Below, one piece after another: positions 26,483 to 39,644 of a stretch of 64,000 nucleotides of DNA (position 1 is the first letter of the stretch; the number at the start of each line of letters is the position of its first letter). This stretch comes from Squalus acanthias. Its lineage: Eukaryota. A program made the position numbers and the translations under genes. The DNA is taken from positions 107,448,001 to 107,512,000 of the forward strand of contig CM059431.1 of the NCBI GenBank assembly GCA_030390025.1, in the 5' to 3' direction. The notes under the pieces are model-generated. The model did no database searches and had not been told where the DNA came from. It was given only the letters and a program-made list of their open reading frames with translations.

Positions 26483-26932
26483 TCGCCCATGTGCTCGCTG
26501 ACCTATATTGGCTCACGGTCCGGCAACATCTCGATTTTTAAAACTCTCATCCTTTTTTTTAAATAGTTCCATGACCTCACCCCTCCCTATCACTGTAACC
26601 TCCTTCAGCCCTACAACCCTCCGAGATCTCTGCTCTCCTCCAATTCTGGCCTCTTGCGCATCCCCGATTTTCAATGCTCCAACAATGGCGGCCGTGCCAT
26701 CAGCTGCCTGGGCCCTAAGCTCGGGAATTCCCTCCCTAAACCTCTCCTTCTCTCTACCTCTCTCTCCAACTTTGACGTTCCTTAAAACCATCTTTTTGAC
26801 CAAGCTTTTGGTCACCTGTTCAAACATCTCCTTACGGGATTCGGTGCCCAATCTTATTTGATAACGCTCCTGTGAAGCGCCTTGGGATGTTTTTCATACG
26901 TTAAAGGTGCTATATTAATGCAAGTTGTTGTT
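26483..26932 (+). mobile_element. L2-type LINE 3' fragment (other copies at ~28690-29141, 35736-36130, 36135-36440, 37360-37730, 41460-41900, 43750-44280, 55670-56085)
   Basis: LADLHWLPV...DFKILILVFKSLHGLAPPYL...IGGRAF...PKLWNSLP and the shared ctatataaatgcaagttgttg tail recur in these copies. Confidence 0.85.
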
Positions 26933-27446
26933 ATGAAATATTGAAAGGGGTAAAATTATCTCCGACTTACTTCAGTACCATATTTGTATTGTATTGGCAT
27001 TCAAAGGGATAGTTTGTTTTATAACAAGTTTGGAATCAAGCTTTGATGTGCATTGAACATGATATTCAGAGTTGGACCGAACATTTGTTTGATGGATCAA
27101 CTGATTGTCGAGTAGCTGAGCTATATAAACCAGGAGTGTCCCAGATACAATCCTAGTCGGTAACCTCTTTAGTGCAGCTGATTACTTTAGCTGTGAATTC
27201 ATCTACTTGAATATCATGGATTTTCCTTTTAATTATTAGAGAGGAAATCACAGGTTGGCATTAGCAGGAAGGCGAAATGGTGAGGCAAAAGACCTCAGCC
27301 AGAGTGACAATTGGGTGTAAAATTAGTCGTTTAGCCCCAGAGATGGGTACATCAGCAAAGGTTCCTATTTATTTATCCTGTAACCTCTGCTGGACATTGG
27401 GTGAGGACAGAATTTCAAAATAGCATGCTAGTGTTCACTGTCTCAC

Positions 27447-27522
27447 CCATGAAGAATAGCCACTTGGGTAATGTAGTGGATGGTAACTGGTGCCCATGGA
27501 ACTGTAACCCAACAAGGAGTCA
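27447..27522 (-). CDS. Candidate host exon (DSLLGYSSMGTSYHPLHYPSGYSSW), gene unknown
   Basis: Pyrimidine tract plus CAG acceptor, GTGAGA donor, open frame. No homology recognised. Confidence 0.25.
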
Positions 27523-29141
27523 CTGTTGTCAGTACAGGAACAGGGAGGGCAGGAAATTGGCATAATAAAGGACAGAGATTAAAATATACCTTTTCAAGAC
27601 TTTGATATTGGCATAACTTAAACAACGTAACTACTCAATATTTGCAAAGAAAATTAACCACATTTTCAGTCAACTCGGTTGCAATGACTTCCCAATGGGA
27701 CACTTATAAGTCTCATTGCAATAAATGAACAGACACTTCAGCCCTAAGTAGCCTGATTTTGCATGTGTGTGGTGTATTGATACTGTGAAAATTGGGATTT
27801 ATGTTTAACTCTCCAACACAAACCACTGTAAAGCATCGATTGCACTCCCCAAATGTAATTATATAGTCAATAAAAAAGATAAATGCATATTTGATTCATT
27901 TGTGGTCACATACAGAAGGAACCAGCTGTACGGGAATATAATGCATGACTGATTTTTATTCAATGCTAAATCTAGCACAACACAAAGCGCCTTTGTTACA
28001 TGTTACTGTGCTGAGTAAATGTCAGCACGAGCTACCTTTTAACAGCATATGAGGAGCTTTTCATGGTGGACATCATAAACCAAATTCAACTGTTCATTCA
28101 ATCAAAACAAAGCTCGTCTGGTGCAGTGGGTTTGAAGTGAATATAACAGACACAATGATTAAGGGCTGTCATAGCAATTATAGGCACTGAATCAGTAGAC
28201 TGCATCCATGCACCCTGTTTTTTTTTATGTTACTCCTTTGATTGCAATGTCCTTGTCACTCAGGTCATTCTAATTCTATCACAGCCAAGTATTTCTTAGT
28301 AAGTAAACTGCACATGTGCAGTCGCTATGCTCATTTGTCACCTTATTCTGTGCTGTCACTTTTGAAGGAATGTGTCTCTGTGAAGAATGTCTGACTGCGA
28401 GTGGGTCATATCATTTGCATAGAGAACCACCAATCACTTGCTTGATTCCTTTTAAGCTTCCGAGTAGCTTGCCATTCTTTCCTAATTTACCACAAAGGGC
28501 AGCTGCAACATCTGCCAGGACCAAAAACCATTGCAATTTTTTAATTTGCAGAGAAATGAGCGAAAATAAATTCGGTAGAAAACTTGATGCTCTTTGACTG
28601 AACGGAGGGAAATGCGAGCAGGAACGTCATGTTACGTAAGGAGTTCATTACCAACAGAGAGTTTTCCGGGGAAAATGAAAATGGTTGTAACACGACAACA
28701 ATTTGCATTTATATATCATCTTTAGGTTAGTGAACGTCCCAAGCAACTTTGCAGAAGTGGAAGAGATGTCCATTATCAGTTGAAGCATTAGGGGATGTAA
28801 TTGAAGGCATGGTAAAAGAGTTAGATTCTTTGGAGGCTTCTGAAGGAGAGGAGCAAGGGAGTGAGGCAGAAGGGTTTCGGGAGAGAGTTCTAATGTTTGA
28901 TAAAGATTGATAAAGGCTCCGGCACCGATAATGAAACAGAAATGGGAATGTAAAGGCCAGCGCCAAAGGGTGCACATTGGCACATAGGGCCGAATAAAGT
29001 TGCAGAGATAGAGTGGGACGAACCCATGGAGGGATTTATAAATGAAGACGGCGACTGGGACTCAATGGAGGCTGGTGAGGGCATGACTGATGGGCATCGG
29101 GATGTACAGCACAACAGAGTGCAGTTAACGGAATATTGGAC

Positions 29142-30425
29142 TGAAGGGATAATTACTAGTCCTAGCCCCTTTAGGGCTACCCCAGATCAGGCGTATTCCC
29201 CAGACATTCACTTTCAACTAAAGTTTGAGGTAGCCGAATCCTAAAGACGCTTAATTGGGTTTAAAGGTCCGGACTATCTCTCCCTAAAGGAAAGGAACAA
29301 CCTGAAGATGTTACCATCCTCCAGATAGCACTTTTAATAAGTTTAGCTAGACTGTAATGTTCCGGATATTATGAGGGTCCGGAAAACTCCCCCAGAATTC
29401 TGCAACTCCTCACCAAAGAGCGTACAGAGATTGAGTTTGTGAGTTTGATACAGAAGTATTATGTGAGACAATTCTAAAAATATATAGATTTATTAAAGAA
29501 CCGACATGTAATTACAGTTGGTGATTCAATCGCAAAATTAACAGTTCCAAAAACAGAAATCTTACAATTCTATTATCAGAGATCCTTATTTTCAAATCTT
29601 AACTTCGTTACATTTTTACAGTTCTTAGTCTTTATTCCAGGATATCCACCAAAATCCAATACAGTACAATACCTTGATCCCCGAGGTACAAAGAGTTGTA
29701 GACTTACAGAGCTTGCCTCTGAAGCCGAGAATTGCTTTGCCCCTTTACAGCGAGACTATCATCCCATTTGAAAGTTCAATATTTATATCCCTTTTCAGTG
29801 GTATGTCCTTTGAAGTTTTCTGCTGATGTAAGCTAATTATCTCTAGTCATTTTTCTGCTGACCCCTGCTATTCTTACAGTCAGTTCAGCTGGTAACATTA
29901 AGAATTGTGTCTCTACCTTTAGGTGTTAGAAGCTTATCATAAAAACAGTTTGACAGCAGATGCATCTATTTGATGTCAATCTTACCAAGGTCTTCTGTTT
30001 GTGTCTTTTTACGACGTGTAAATTAAAAACACCTCAACCAGGGTGATCTATGCAATTCTTAGTTACCTCAGCTGTTTGCAACACAGAATCATGTCTCCTG
30101 TATTTCATTTGATGTCATTTTTACGAAGGCATATGTTTCTTAATTTTCTGTGTTTCTTTCCAAAGTGTAATTTAGGACACCTTAACAGGGTGTACCATTC
30201 TGTTCTTTCCAAGGCTTCAGACTATCAGGAACCTCCAACCTCCTGTTTCAATAAGGTTATTGATTCAGTGTCAACATCTTATCTTATCTCAATAGCCTGT
30301 ATGCTGTTTACAGCTTCTCCATTGTTAGGTTTTTAGATTTCCAAACCCAGTATGTCATGTTTTAATAAGGCTAGAATTCTTTCATAGAATGGTGTATTTT
30401 TCTGAATATGGCTTATTCCTTCACA
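29142..30425 (-). mobile_element. Solo LTR (~1284 bp) inserted in an L2 fragment
   Basis: TGAAGG...CCTTCACA termini, GGAC on both flanks, clearly homologous to the sequence starting at 62958. Confidence 0.8.
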
Positions 30426-31894
30426 GGACAAGTTGAACTCCATGTAGGGTGGAGTTTTGGAGGTTAGAGGAGAGCATTGGACAAGTCAATTGAACAATAA
30501 AAAGGGCAGGATCCAGTTTCAGTGCAGGCCCAAATTGAAATCTACCAAGTTTTAACTTCAAAAAAATGATCTTTCCAGGAAGCAACTTTGTTAGTTCTAT
30601 TAGGCTTAACACTGGGAACTTTAGAACTTCTAGGCTGTTTTGAATAACACTTGAGTTAGATGAGTGTTTACAAAGAACATGAGAATTTCCCTGTGTATCA
30701 GAGACTTGCAGTTCTGCAGTTTGGACAAAAGCCGTTTGTGCAATCAAGAAAATTAGCAGATGCAAAAGATCCTTTTAACCTGATTTATTTATTACACTAT
30801 CCACATTTAAATAAATAATTTGCCTTTTAACTATGTAATGAGTCATACTCTTTGAGTTATTAATGGAAATACGGGAACATTTATACCGGAAACAGTGAGA
30901 CCAATGTTTCCTCTCTGACTACTCTATCTTTCTATGTTATAAGGCAAAGGTTCCCAAACTTTTTGCTGAGCCCCATCTTCAGAGATTCATGGCCCTTGCG
31001 CGTCCCCCTTTTGAAGAAACTGGGGTAAATTTTCTCCACGGTGTAGTGTTGGGGAGCCGCTGGGAGGTGTGGTATTTCCGACCGAACGTTTGTGTGGCTG
31101 GAAGGCTTGATAATCTTGCATGTGATTGGCGGGCTGCCCAGGCGTTGGGAGGGCTGACAGGAAGCCTACCCGATTGGGAAGTGGGATCTGCCTCAGACCT
31201 CCATTATTTAAGGGTTGAATGCACCTCTTAAGGAGAGGTATAGAGTCAACATCAGAAAAGTGTGGCCCATTGATTGGAAGTGATCTCATTGTTTCACTGG
31301 CTCTCAGAAGTTTAAGCTCTGCTGTTGTAACTTGCGATTTCTCAGCATTAACTGTCTGTTCTGTGGCCCTCAGAAGTTCTGCTGAGCTCTGTCTTCAGAG
31401 ATCCACGGCCCATGCACGCACCCCTTTCGAAGAAACTGTGGTAAATTTTCTCCATGGTGCAGTCTCTCTCCTCCAGCCCCAAGTAACTTTGCTCGGTGTC
31501 AAATGTTGTCCGATAACGCTCCTGTGAAACGCTTTGGGACATTTTACTACATTAAAGGCGCTATATAAATGCAAGTTGTTGTTGTTGTAGTACATTCAAT
31601 GTTCTATCAGTTATGCATTTTTCTTTTCGACAGGCAAGAAGGGAGAAAACATGGACCAAAGGTGCTACACACCTTCTTAAGTACAAACCCACAAAAGTGC
31701 GAAATCTAATAGAATTGCACTAATATTGACACGGGTGAAGGTAACATTAAAACAATGATCATGGATTTTCATTGTAAAACAACAATATTTTATAAAACAG
31801 TCTGCTGTGATTCTCTCATTAACAGGTTAAACAGTCTCCATAACACCTCCACCCAGACCAGATAGTGTACACCTTACAACAGCGGGGAGGTTCA

Positions 31895-32455
31895 TTCATG
31901 AAGCAGCTGAAGATGGTTGAACCAAGGACACTTCCTTTGGGAACTCCTGCAGCGATGTCCTGGGGCTTTGATGATTGACCGCTGACAACCACAACCATCT
32001 TTCTTGCTGTCTGGTATAATTCCAGCCATTGGGTGGGTGGGTGGTTTTTTTTTCGAGCTTCTGTTTTCCCAGGGCTGCTTGGTGCCATACTTGGTAGAAT
32101 AGTGCCTTGACTTTAAGGGCAGTTACTCTGACCTTTCCTCTGACATTGAATTCTTGCATCCATGTCTGAATCAAGGCTATGATGAGGTCTGAAGCCGAGT
32201 GATTCTGGTGGAATATAAAATGAGCATTGATGAGTAGAGTATTGATGAGTAGGTGTTGCTTGATGGCACTATTGATGGATCCTTCCACAATTTTACTGAT
32301 TATTGGGAGAAGCTATTAGGACAGTAACTGTTTTTTGTGGATAGGATATACCTGGAAAATTTTGCACATTGTTGGGTCGATGCCAGTGCCACAGCTAAAC
32401 TGGAATAGCTTGGTTAGGGGTTCAACTAATTTTGGTGCACAGGTCTTCACTGGGT
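31895..32455 (-). mobile_element. Degraded HER1-like LINE RT fragment
   Basis: HSASDLIIALIQTW...VRVTAL, GVPKGSVLGSTIFSCF remnants. Confidence 0.8.
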
Positions 32456-32596
32456 GGACAGTAGTAATCATATGGCTATGAATGCCATCCATATTGCCAA
32501 ACAGTAATGAAAACCCAGAGATCCTAAATGGCTTGCACACTCATTTATTTTGCTCCTGCGACAATGTAACTGAACTGAGCCAATGTCCTATTTCTT

Positions 32597-32995
32597 AGAA
32601 ACATAGAAACATAGAAAAATAGGAGCAGGAGTAGGCCATTCGGCCCTTCAAGCCTGCTCCGCCATTCAATATGATCATGGCTGATCCTCTATCTCAACAC
32701 CATATTCCCGCTCTCTCCCCATACCCCTTGATGCCTTTTGTGCCTAGAAATCTATCTATCTCCTTCTTAAATATATTCAGTGACTTGGCCTCCACAGCCT
32801 TCTGTGGTAGAGAATTCCACAGGTTCACCACCCTCTGAGTGAAGAAATTTCTCCTCATCTCAGTCCTAAATGTCCAACCACATATCCTGAGACTGTGATC
32901 CCTCGTTCTCGACCCCCAGCCAGGGGAAACATCCTCCCTGCATCCAGTCTGTCTAGCCCTGTCAGAATTTTATACGTTTCAATGAGATCCCCTCT
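32597..32995 (-). mobile_element. CR1-type LINE 3' end (similar fragment at 25750-25905)
   Basis: (TAGAAACA)n tail and reverse complement of NFFTQRVVNLWNSL. Confidence 0.85.
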
Positions 32996-33397
32996 TGAGG
33001 ATATTTACGGAGCCTCCAAAGGAAAAGCAACAAAGAAAAATACCAATACCAACCCAAGTTTAAGTTGAGTCTCTTACAGCAAAAATAAAACCCAGCAATT
33101 CACCTTTAAGATTCCAGTATCAGCCTTCCTTAGCAGTTGTTCCAAGTTACCCATGTTTTATTAGTGGCATACCTTAGACTGGCAGATCCCAGAGCAGAAA
33201 TAATGGAATTTAGGACTGATTCACCTGGGATTTCCATGGGGGTTCTCCCGACCTCTCACTGTAACTTTGGGGCAAGATCAGCAGAAGCCATCCTGGCCTA
33301 ACATCCATCATTTGTATGGCTGCATCTTAGCCAGAATGAAGATTAGGGCAAAACTAACATGGGCGTAAAATTGTTGCATTCTCTTTCTATATAGTGT

Positions 33398-33812
33398 CAG
33401 CTGTGGCTCAGTGGGCAGCACTCTCACCTCCTGAGTCAGAAGGTTGTGGGTTGAAGCCCCCACTCCAGAGACCTGAGCACAAAAATCTAGGCTGACACTC
33501 CCAGTGCAGTGCTGAGGGAGTGCTGCAGTGTCAGAGTGGATGCAAAAGATCCCTTGGCACTATTCGAGGAAGAGCAGGGGAGTTCTCCCTGGTCTCCTGG
33601 AAATGTTTATCCATCAACCAACCTAATTAAAACAGATTATCTAGTAATTATCACAGTGCTGTTTGTGGGAGCTTGCTGTGCGCAAATAGGCTGCCGTGTT
33701 TCCCACATTACAACAGTGACTCCACTTCAAAAGTACTTCATTGGTTGTAAAGCATTTTGAGACTTTTTGAGATCGTGAAATGTGCTATATAAATGAAAGA
33801 CATTCTTTTCTT
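33398..33812 (+). mobile_element. tRNA-derived Deu-type SINE (SacSINE1-like)
   Basis: A-box tggctcagtgg, B-box-like ggttgaagcc, same family as 7874-8376. Confidence 0.75.
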
Positions 33813-34499
33813 TTACTTTCCCAAATTATGACCTCCCCAGATCAATCCACTAGGTTTTGTGTCCTACAAAACCATTGGAATTATCGAGGATCGATTATGA
33901 TGAATAAGCTCATCTCGGAGGGAAGGAGGTATCTAATTGGCTGTCACGGGCATATGGTTCCCCAGTATCATTATGATAGACTGTAGTTTGGTCTAATTTT
34001 ACAAAAAGTATGTTAAAACCTATCTTTTCAAAATCATAAGTCTCCATTAGATTTATATGGGAGTTAGATACCAATCAATTACAGAAAATGGAAAGTAAGA
34101 ATGATCTACCTATTTTCAACATTTTCTGAGTTACTTTTAATGAGAGCCAAGAAATGTAATCAGAATTTATTGTGTTCTTGGTTGTCGCTTCATTTTCTGC
34201 CTAAAGTGGTATCATAAACAGCTGATATATTAACAACACCCTGTGCAAGGCAGAAATAAGACTCTTTAACAAAATATCACAGCTAAATTATTAAACTGAA
34301 ACTGAGCGTGCGACTGGAAGCAGGAAGAATTTTAACTAAGGTGATAAAAGATAACAAAATAAATTCATACTATTAACATTTTTACTTGTTACTGTATATC
34401 TCTTGGCTATGGATCATTGCTATCTTGCCATATGGGAGAAAGGCAGAATTTCTAATAGGCTGCTGCAAGCAGCCATAGAGTACTGAGGGAACTTAGAAG

Positions 34500-35170
34500 G
34501 AAATAAAAACAGAAAATGCTGGAAATACTCAGCAGGTCAGGCAGCATCTGTAGAGAGAGAAACAGAGATCACGTTTCAGGTCGATACCCTTCGTCAGAAC
34601 TGGAAAAAAGTTGGAGATGTAACAGGTTTTTAAGCAAGTGTAGGGGCAGGGAGAGGGGGGAGGGGAGTAAAGAACAAAAGGGAAGGTCTGTGATAGGATG
34701 GAAGGCAGGAGAGATTAAGAGACAAAAGGGATGATGGTGCAAGGCAAAAGGAGATGGTAATGGGACAAGTTAAGAACAAAAGATGACTCTAGATGAAGTG
34801 TAAATGGCAATGGCAGAATGATCGACAGCTGCCATGTGAGAGAGAGAAATAAAATGATAGGGGCAGAGGTTATGGTCTGAAATTGTTGAACTCGATGTTG
34901 AGTCCAGAAGGCTGTAAAGTGCCTAATCAAAAGATGAGGTGCTGTTCCTCGGGCTTACATTGAGCTTCTTTGGAACAGTGTAAAAGGCCGAGGACAGAAG
35001 GTCAGAGTGGGAGTGGAGCGGAGAATTAAAGTGACAGGTGACCGGAAGCTCGGGATCGCCCTTAACATTAACTCTGTTTCTCTCTCTACAGATGCTGCCT
35101 GACCTGCTGAGTATTTCCAGCATTTTCTGTTTTAATTTCAGATTTCCAGCATCCGCAGTATTTTGCTTTT
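34500..35170 (-). mobile_element. Short Penelope-like insertion with inverted terminal segment
   Basis: 10-bp TSD AACTTAGAAG (34490-34499 and 35171-35180). GIY-YIG C-terminal remnant (LPVTCHFNS...EEQHLIF...GLNIEFNNF) on minus. ~62-bp inverted repeat at about 34506-34568 and 35072-35133. Confidence 0.85.
34566..34600 (-). ncRNA. Degenerate hammerhead ribozyme core
   Basis: Minus strand reads CTGACGA-AGG-gtatcga-CCT-GAAA-cgtgatc. Confidence 0.5.
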
Positions 35171-36484
35171 AACTTAGAAGCAACATTAAAAGAGGTTTTA
35201 AAATATATCTACCACAGCGTGGAATAAAGGAGAAAAGATACACAGTGACAAAAGGAAAAAGGAGTTAACCGTATGATAGTGATCAATTTAGAGCAAATGT
35301 AAAAATGAGTGGAGGAGACAGGAACACGAGAGAGAAAAAAGAATTACTTTTTGTAGGATTGTAAAACATAGGCAGAAAAAAGAGTCTTATTTTCATCTGT
35401 TCACTGATTATTTTTGCAAAAAAGTAGAATGGCATAAACAGATACAATCCTGGCACAAAGTGCTAATGGACTATTTTGTCTGTGCTTAGTGTTACTCTAC
35501 CGATTGTCCCTGTTCGAACATGTGCTCAGGAAAGTTAGCAAAAAAAAAGATACCTTTTTAAGGCCTTATGAGTGATCAATCATGAGAAACTCATGCAGAA
35601 TTATATAGGAGGATATAAAGGAAAAGTTAACGTAGAACGGTAAGTCACAGCTGGTATTAGTCAGGTACGCGAGGCCTGGGGTGATGGATAGGTCGTACTT
35701 GGTGCAGGTTAGGACCCGGCAGCAGAGATTTGGATAAGCTGAAATTCTCATCCTTGTTTTCAAATTCCTCCATGGCCTCATCCCTCCCTATCTCTGTAAC
35801 CTCCTCCAGCCCCGCAACTCCTCAAGATATCTGCGCTCCTCTAATTCTGCCCTCTTGAGCATCCCTGATTATAATCGCTCAACCATTGGTGGCCGTGCCT
35901 TCTGTTGCCTAGGCCCTAAGCTCTAGAATTCCCTGCCTAAACCTCTCTGCCTCTCTTTCCTTCTTTAAGACACTCCTTAAAACCCACTCTTTGACCAAGC
36001 TTTTGGTCATCTGCCCTAATTTCTCCTTATGTGCCTCAGTGTCAATTTTTTTGTCTTTTGATACTCCTGTGAAGCGCCTTGGGACATTTTACTATGTTAA
36101 AAGCTCGATATAAATACAAGTTGTTGTTGCTGTTTATGGAGGGTAGGGGATGGGAGGCCAGCCAGAAGAACATGTGAACGTTGGAAAAGTTGAGTCTGGA
36201 GGTGACAAAGGCATGGACGAGGGTTTCAGCAGCAGATGGGCTAAGGTAGGGACAGAGGCAGGCAATGTCATGGAGGAAGTAGGCGGTCTTTGCGATGGAG
36301 AGCATGTAGGGTTAGAAATTCAGTTCGGGGTCCAATAGGACCGCATTGTTGTGAACTGTCTGGTTCAACCTGAGACAGTGGCCGAGGAGGGGGATGGAAC
36401 TGGTGGAAGGCTGCCGAGTTTGTGGTAGGAGCAGACGATAATAACTTCATGTCTTGAGTTGGTTAATGTGTAAGGCTCCAATAC

Positions 36485-36531
36485 CTGTTGCACACTGTGC
36501 CTCCGGTTATATGCTTCCTGCAGAATATTAT
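36485..36531 (-). CDS. Candidate 47-nt host exon (DNILQEAYNRRHSVQQ), gene unknown
   Basis: Acceptor tttctattttcctccgaacAG, donor CAG/GTATTG, open frame. Confidence 0.3.
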
Positions 36532-38005
36532 CTGTTCGGAGGAAAATAGAAATATTGAACCCTTTGTTCTCATCCATCTGTCTTTGCGGCAAAAGTACAG
36601 CTTTTTGAAAGAAGGCTTTTATGGCTAGGGCTAAAGGCTGAAAATATCTGTTCAAAAACCCTATGTACTGGTATAATTTACACATAGGGTTGTTTTAAAT
36701 CCTAAATTATTACAGTTGTGGCAAGCCATGGCAGATTATCCTCAGTAATGTTGTGTTGCTTTAAAAATCTCATGTTCCTGTAAAATTTCAAGCAATTTTT
36801 AAATTAAAGATTCTTCCAATATATGGTAATACAGAAGGCATCAAAACATGCCTTCATTGCTTAGATACTGTAGTTATGCAGCAAACAGGAATTGTGGCTG
36901 TTGTAGTAGTTCCAGCCTTATTGTCACTGTCTTTGACAGTGACAGTGCCAGACAAGATATGGTCCAGTGAATGACAGGGTAATCAGTCTGGCAACCATGA
37001 AGGATGAAGCTGGAGGGAGGCACTGCTCATTCTGAGGAAAATTGCAATATTATTAGGCCATAATTTGCTGTCAAGTAATGTTGACGCTAATGGCGTACGC
37101 CATTATTTATGCGCAAATGCTACAGCAACTTCAGGCAAGGGGCAGATGTGCGGTTAAATGCAGAAATCCAGAAGTTGCTGCCTGAGATGAGCTGTTCTGC
37201 TGTTAGCTTCGCGAAAACGGCATCTCCCCGTCTGCCTCACCATAGAAATGCAATGAACGGCGTGCAGTTGCTGAACATGCGCGGTAGATACGAGCTAAAC
37301 ACACCACGGAAAGTTAAGTCTTGTCCACTTTGGGCTAAGTACCCGTTTAAATCGCACCAAGTCCCGTTCACCCATCGTCCCTGTGCTCGCTGACCTACAT
37401 TGGCTCCCGGTTAAGCAACACCTCGATTTTAAAATTCTCATCCTTGTTTTCAAATCCCTCCATGGCCTCGCCCCTCCCTATCTCAGTAATCTCCTTCAGC
37501 CCCACAACCCCCCGAGATATCTGCGCTCCTCTAATTCTGCCCTCTTGAGCATCCCTGATTATAATCGCTCAACCATTGGTGGCCATGCCTTCTGTTGCCT
37601 AGGTCCTAAGCTCTGGAATTCCCTGCCTAAACCTCTCCACCTCGCTACCTCTCTTTCCTCCTTTAAGACGCTCCTTAAAACCTAACTCTTTGACCAAGCT
37701 TTTGGTCACCTGTCCTAATTTCTCCTTTGAGTATGCCTTTATGTCATACATATAAAATTCAATTTGCAACAATTCTGTCTGAAATCTCTGTTAAGAGACA
37801 ATTTATTTATGAGGTGCCCAAGAAGTAGCCTCGAAAGTGATCATTAGAATAAAGTTTCATGATGTACATAGGTACATGCGAGTGTGTTTTGCATATTTGG
37901 GAATTGCCTTCACGCATTTTGGACTACCATAGATACATTCTGTGATTTATTTTTCAAACAACCAATTTCAATATGCTTACAAATCCAATAATATATACAC
38001 TATGA

Positions 38006-39644
38006 GGGGAATTTTAACACCCCAAAAGGGGTGTGTTTGGGTCGGGCGGGAAGTAAAAATGTAAAAAATCACAAACCGGAACCCAACCCGCCTCGATCCT
38101 GCCCATTTCCGGTTTTAACGGAGACGGGATGGGGGGCAGGGGATGGGCAACCAACCCGCTCCCAGGAGGCGTGTTTGCTATTTAAATATTTTAATGAGGC
38201 TGTGTGCCTTAGATTTTCTCTGTGTTTCAGGCTTAATGCTGGCCGGCCTGGTTTCCCAGGCCTCAGGAATCCCAACAACTAAAGGGAGGCGAGAACTGCT
38301 GCATTGAAGAGGTACGTGCTTTACCAGCACTGCTTGTGGGCCAGGAGGAGCAGGGGTGCTTCTCCCCGGCCCCACAAACAAACCTGTTAACCTCCCCAGC
38401 TATCGGACCCGCACATGATTGGACCACCCCCCCGCCCCGCCTGCGATCACTGTCCCTGTCCGCCCCCCCCGCAATCACTGACTCTCCCCCGACCCCACCA
38501 TCTCTCGGTCCGATCTCTCTCCGAACCCCCATCTCATCCTCTGATCTCTCTCCGAACCCTCCATCTCTACCTCTGATCTCTCTCCGAACCCTCCATCTCT
38601 ACCTCTGATCTCTCTCCGAACCCCCATCTTTCCCTCCGATCTCTAACCGACCGCCCAATCTCCCCCTCCGATCTCTCACTGACCCCCCCATCTCTCCCTC
38701 TGATCTCTCACCGACCCTCCATCTCTCCCTCCGATCTCTTACCGACCCCCCAATCTCTCCCTCCGATCTCCCACCGACCGCCCCCATCTCTCCCTCCGAT
38801 CGCTCACCGACCCTCCATCTCTCCCTCCGATCTCTCACCGACCGCCCCCATCTCTCCCTCCGATCTCTCACCGACCGCCCCCATCTCTCCCTCCGATCTC
38901 TCTCCGACCCTCCATCTCTCCCTCCGATCTCTCTTTGACCCCCCATCTGTCCCCCTGATCGCTCACTGACCCCCCATCTCTCCCTCTGATTCTGTACATA
39001 GAGAGAGAGGGATGGTTAAGGGTGCAAGGGATGTAAGGGTAGGTTGGGATGTGCAGGAGTAGGCTGACAATGCAGAGTGCTGGTGATGAGAAGAGATGGG
39101 GAGCAGATTGAAGGTAAGTGTGATGTTATACTCACTTTTGCTGAGCGTAGCAGATCATTGAACCTTTTGCGGCACTGAACCCAGGTGCGTGAACACAAAG
39201 ACCTGGCGCTCACCTCCTCAGCAATTTGCAGCCAGGCTGCCTTTGTTTGCTGAGGAGGCTTCCTACGTCCATTGGAGGGAAACAGAACCTCCTTGCGCCC
39301 TCTTACTCCCTCCACAAGAGCATGGAGGGAGTCATCATCGAATCGGGGAGAAGCCTTGGTTCTTGCAGCAGTCATCTCGCAAACAATACCACTGAGGAGC
39401 ATCAGAAAGTGAATAAAACAGGAAGGCTGCATGGGCCCCTTAAATGCAGCTGAATCGAAGATGTCAGCAGAGGCGAGCAGCAGAGCCGCACCCACTGATT
39501 GGGCCGGGTAACGTGCATGGCGGGCTTAATAAGCCCAGTTAACTCAAAATCCTTATCGCAGTGCGGCTGAAACCGGCAGCGGAACCGGAACCCGCCGAGC
39601 AGCGAACCCGACGCGAGCCCGCCTCCGATGGCAAAATCGTGGCC
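38006..39644 (-). mobile_element. Deleted or chimeric Harbinger element retaining Myb exon 1 (about 39375-39136)
   Basis: Terminus GGCCACGATTTT on minus. Exon KASPRFDDDSLHALVEG...QCRKRFNDLLRSAK/GTGAGT is close to 15179-15418. Other terminus ggggaatttt. Confidence 0.75.
38480..38990. repeat. C/T-rich minisatellite, ~31-33-bp unit (ccgatctctcaccgaccgcccccatctctccct), roughly 15 copies
   Basis: Tandem array visible directly in the sequence. Confidence 0.9.

Noticed and set aside
30976..31461. ~68-bp diverged direct repeats (30976-31045 and 31392-31461) as mini-LTRs
   Set aside because: No TG...CA ends, PBS or TSD. More likely internal repeats of an old DNA transposon fragment.
33398..33480. 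tRNA gene (also 11506-11590 and 8300-8376)
   Set aside because: These are tRNA-derived SINE heads with no complete cloverleaf.
38480..38990. CRISPR-like array, or the 115-aa repetitive ORF as a protein
   Set aside because: Tandem units without unique spacers in eukaryotic DNA. The ORF is a by-product of the minisatellite.
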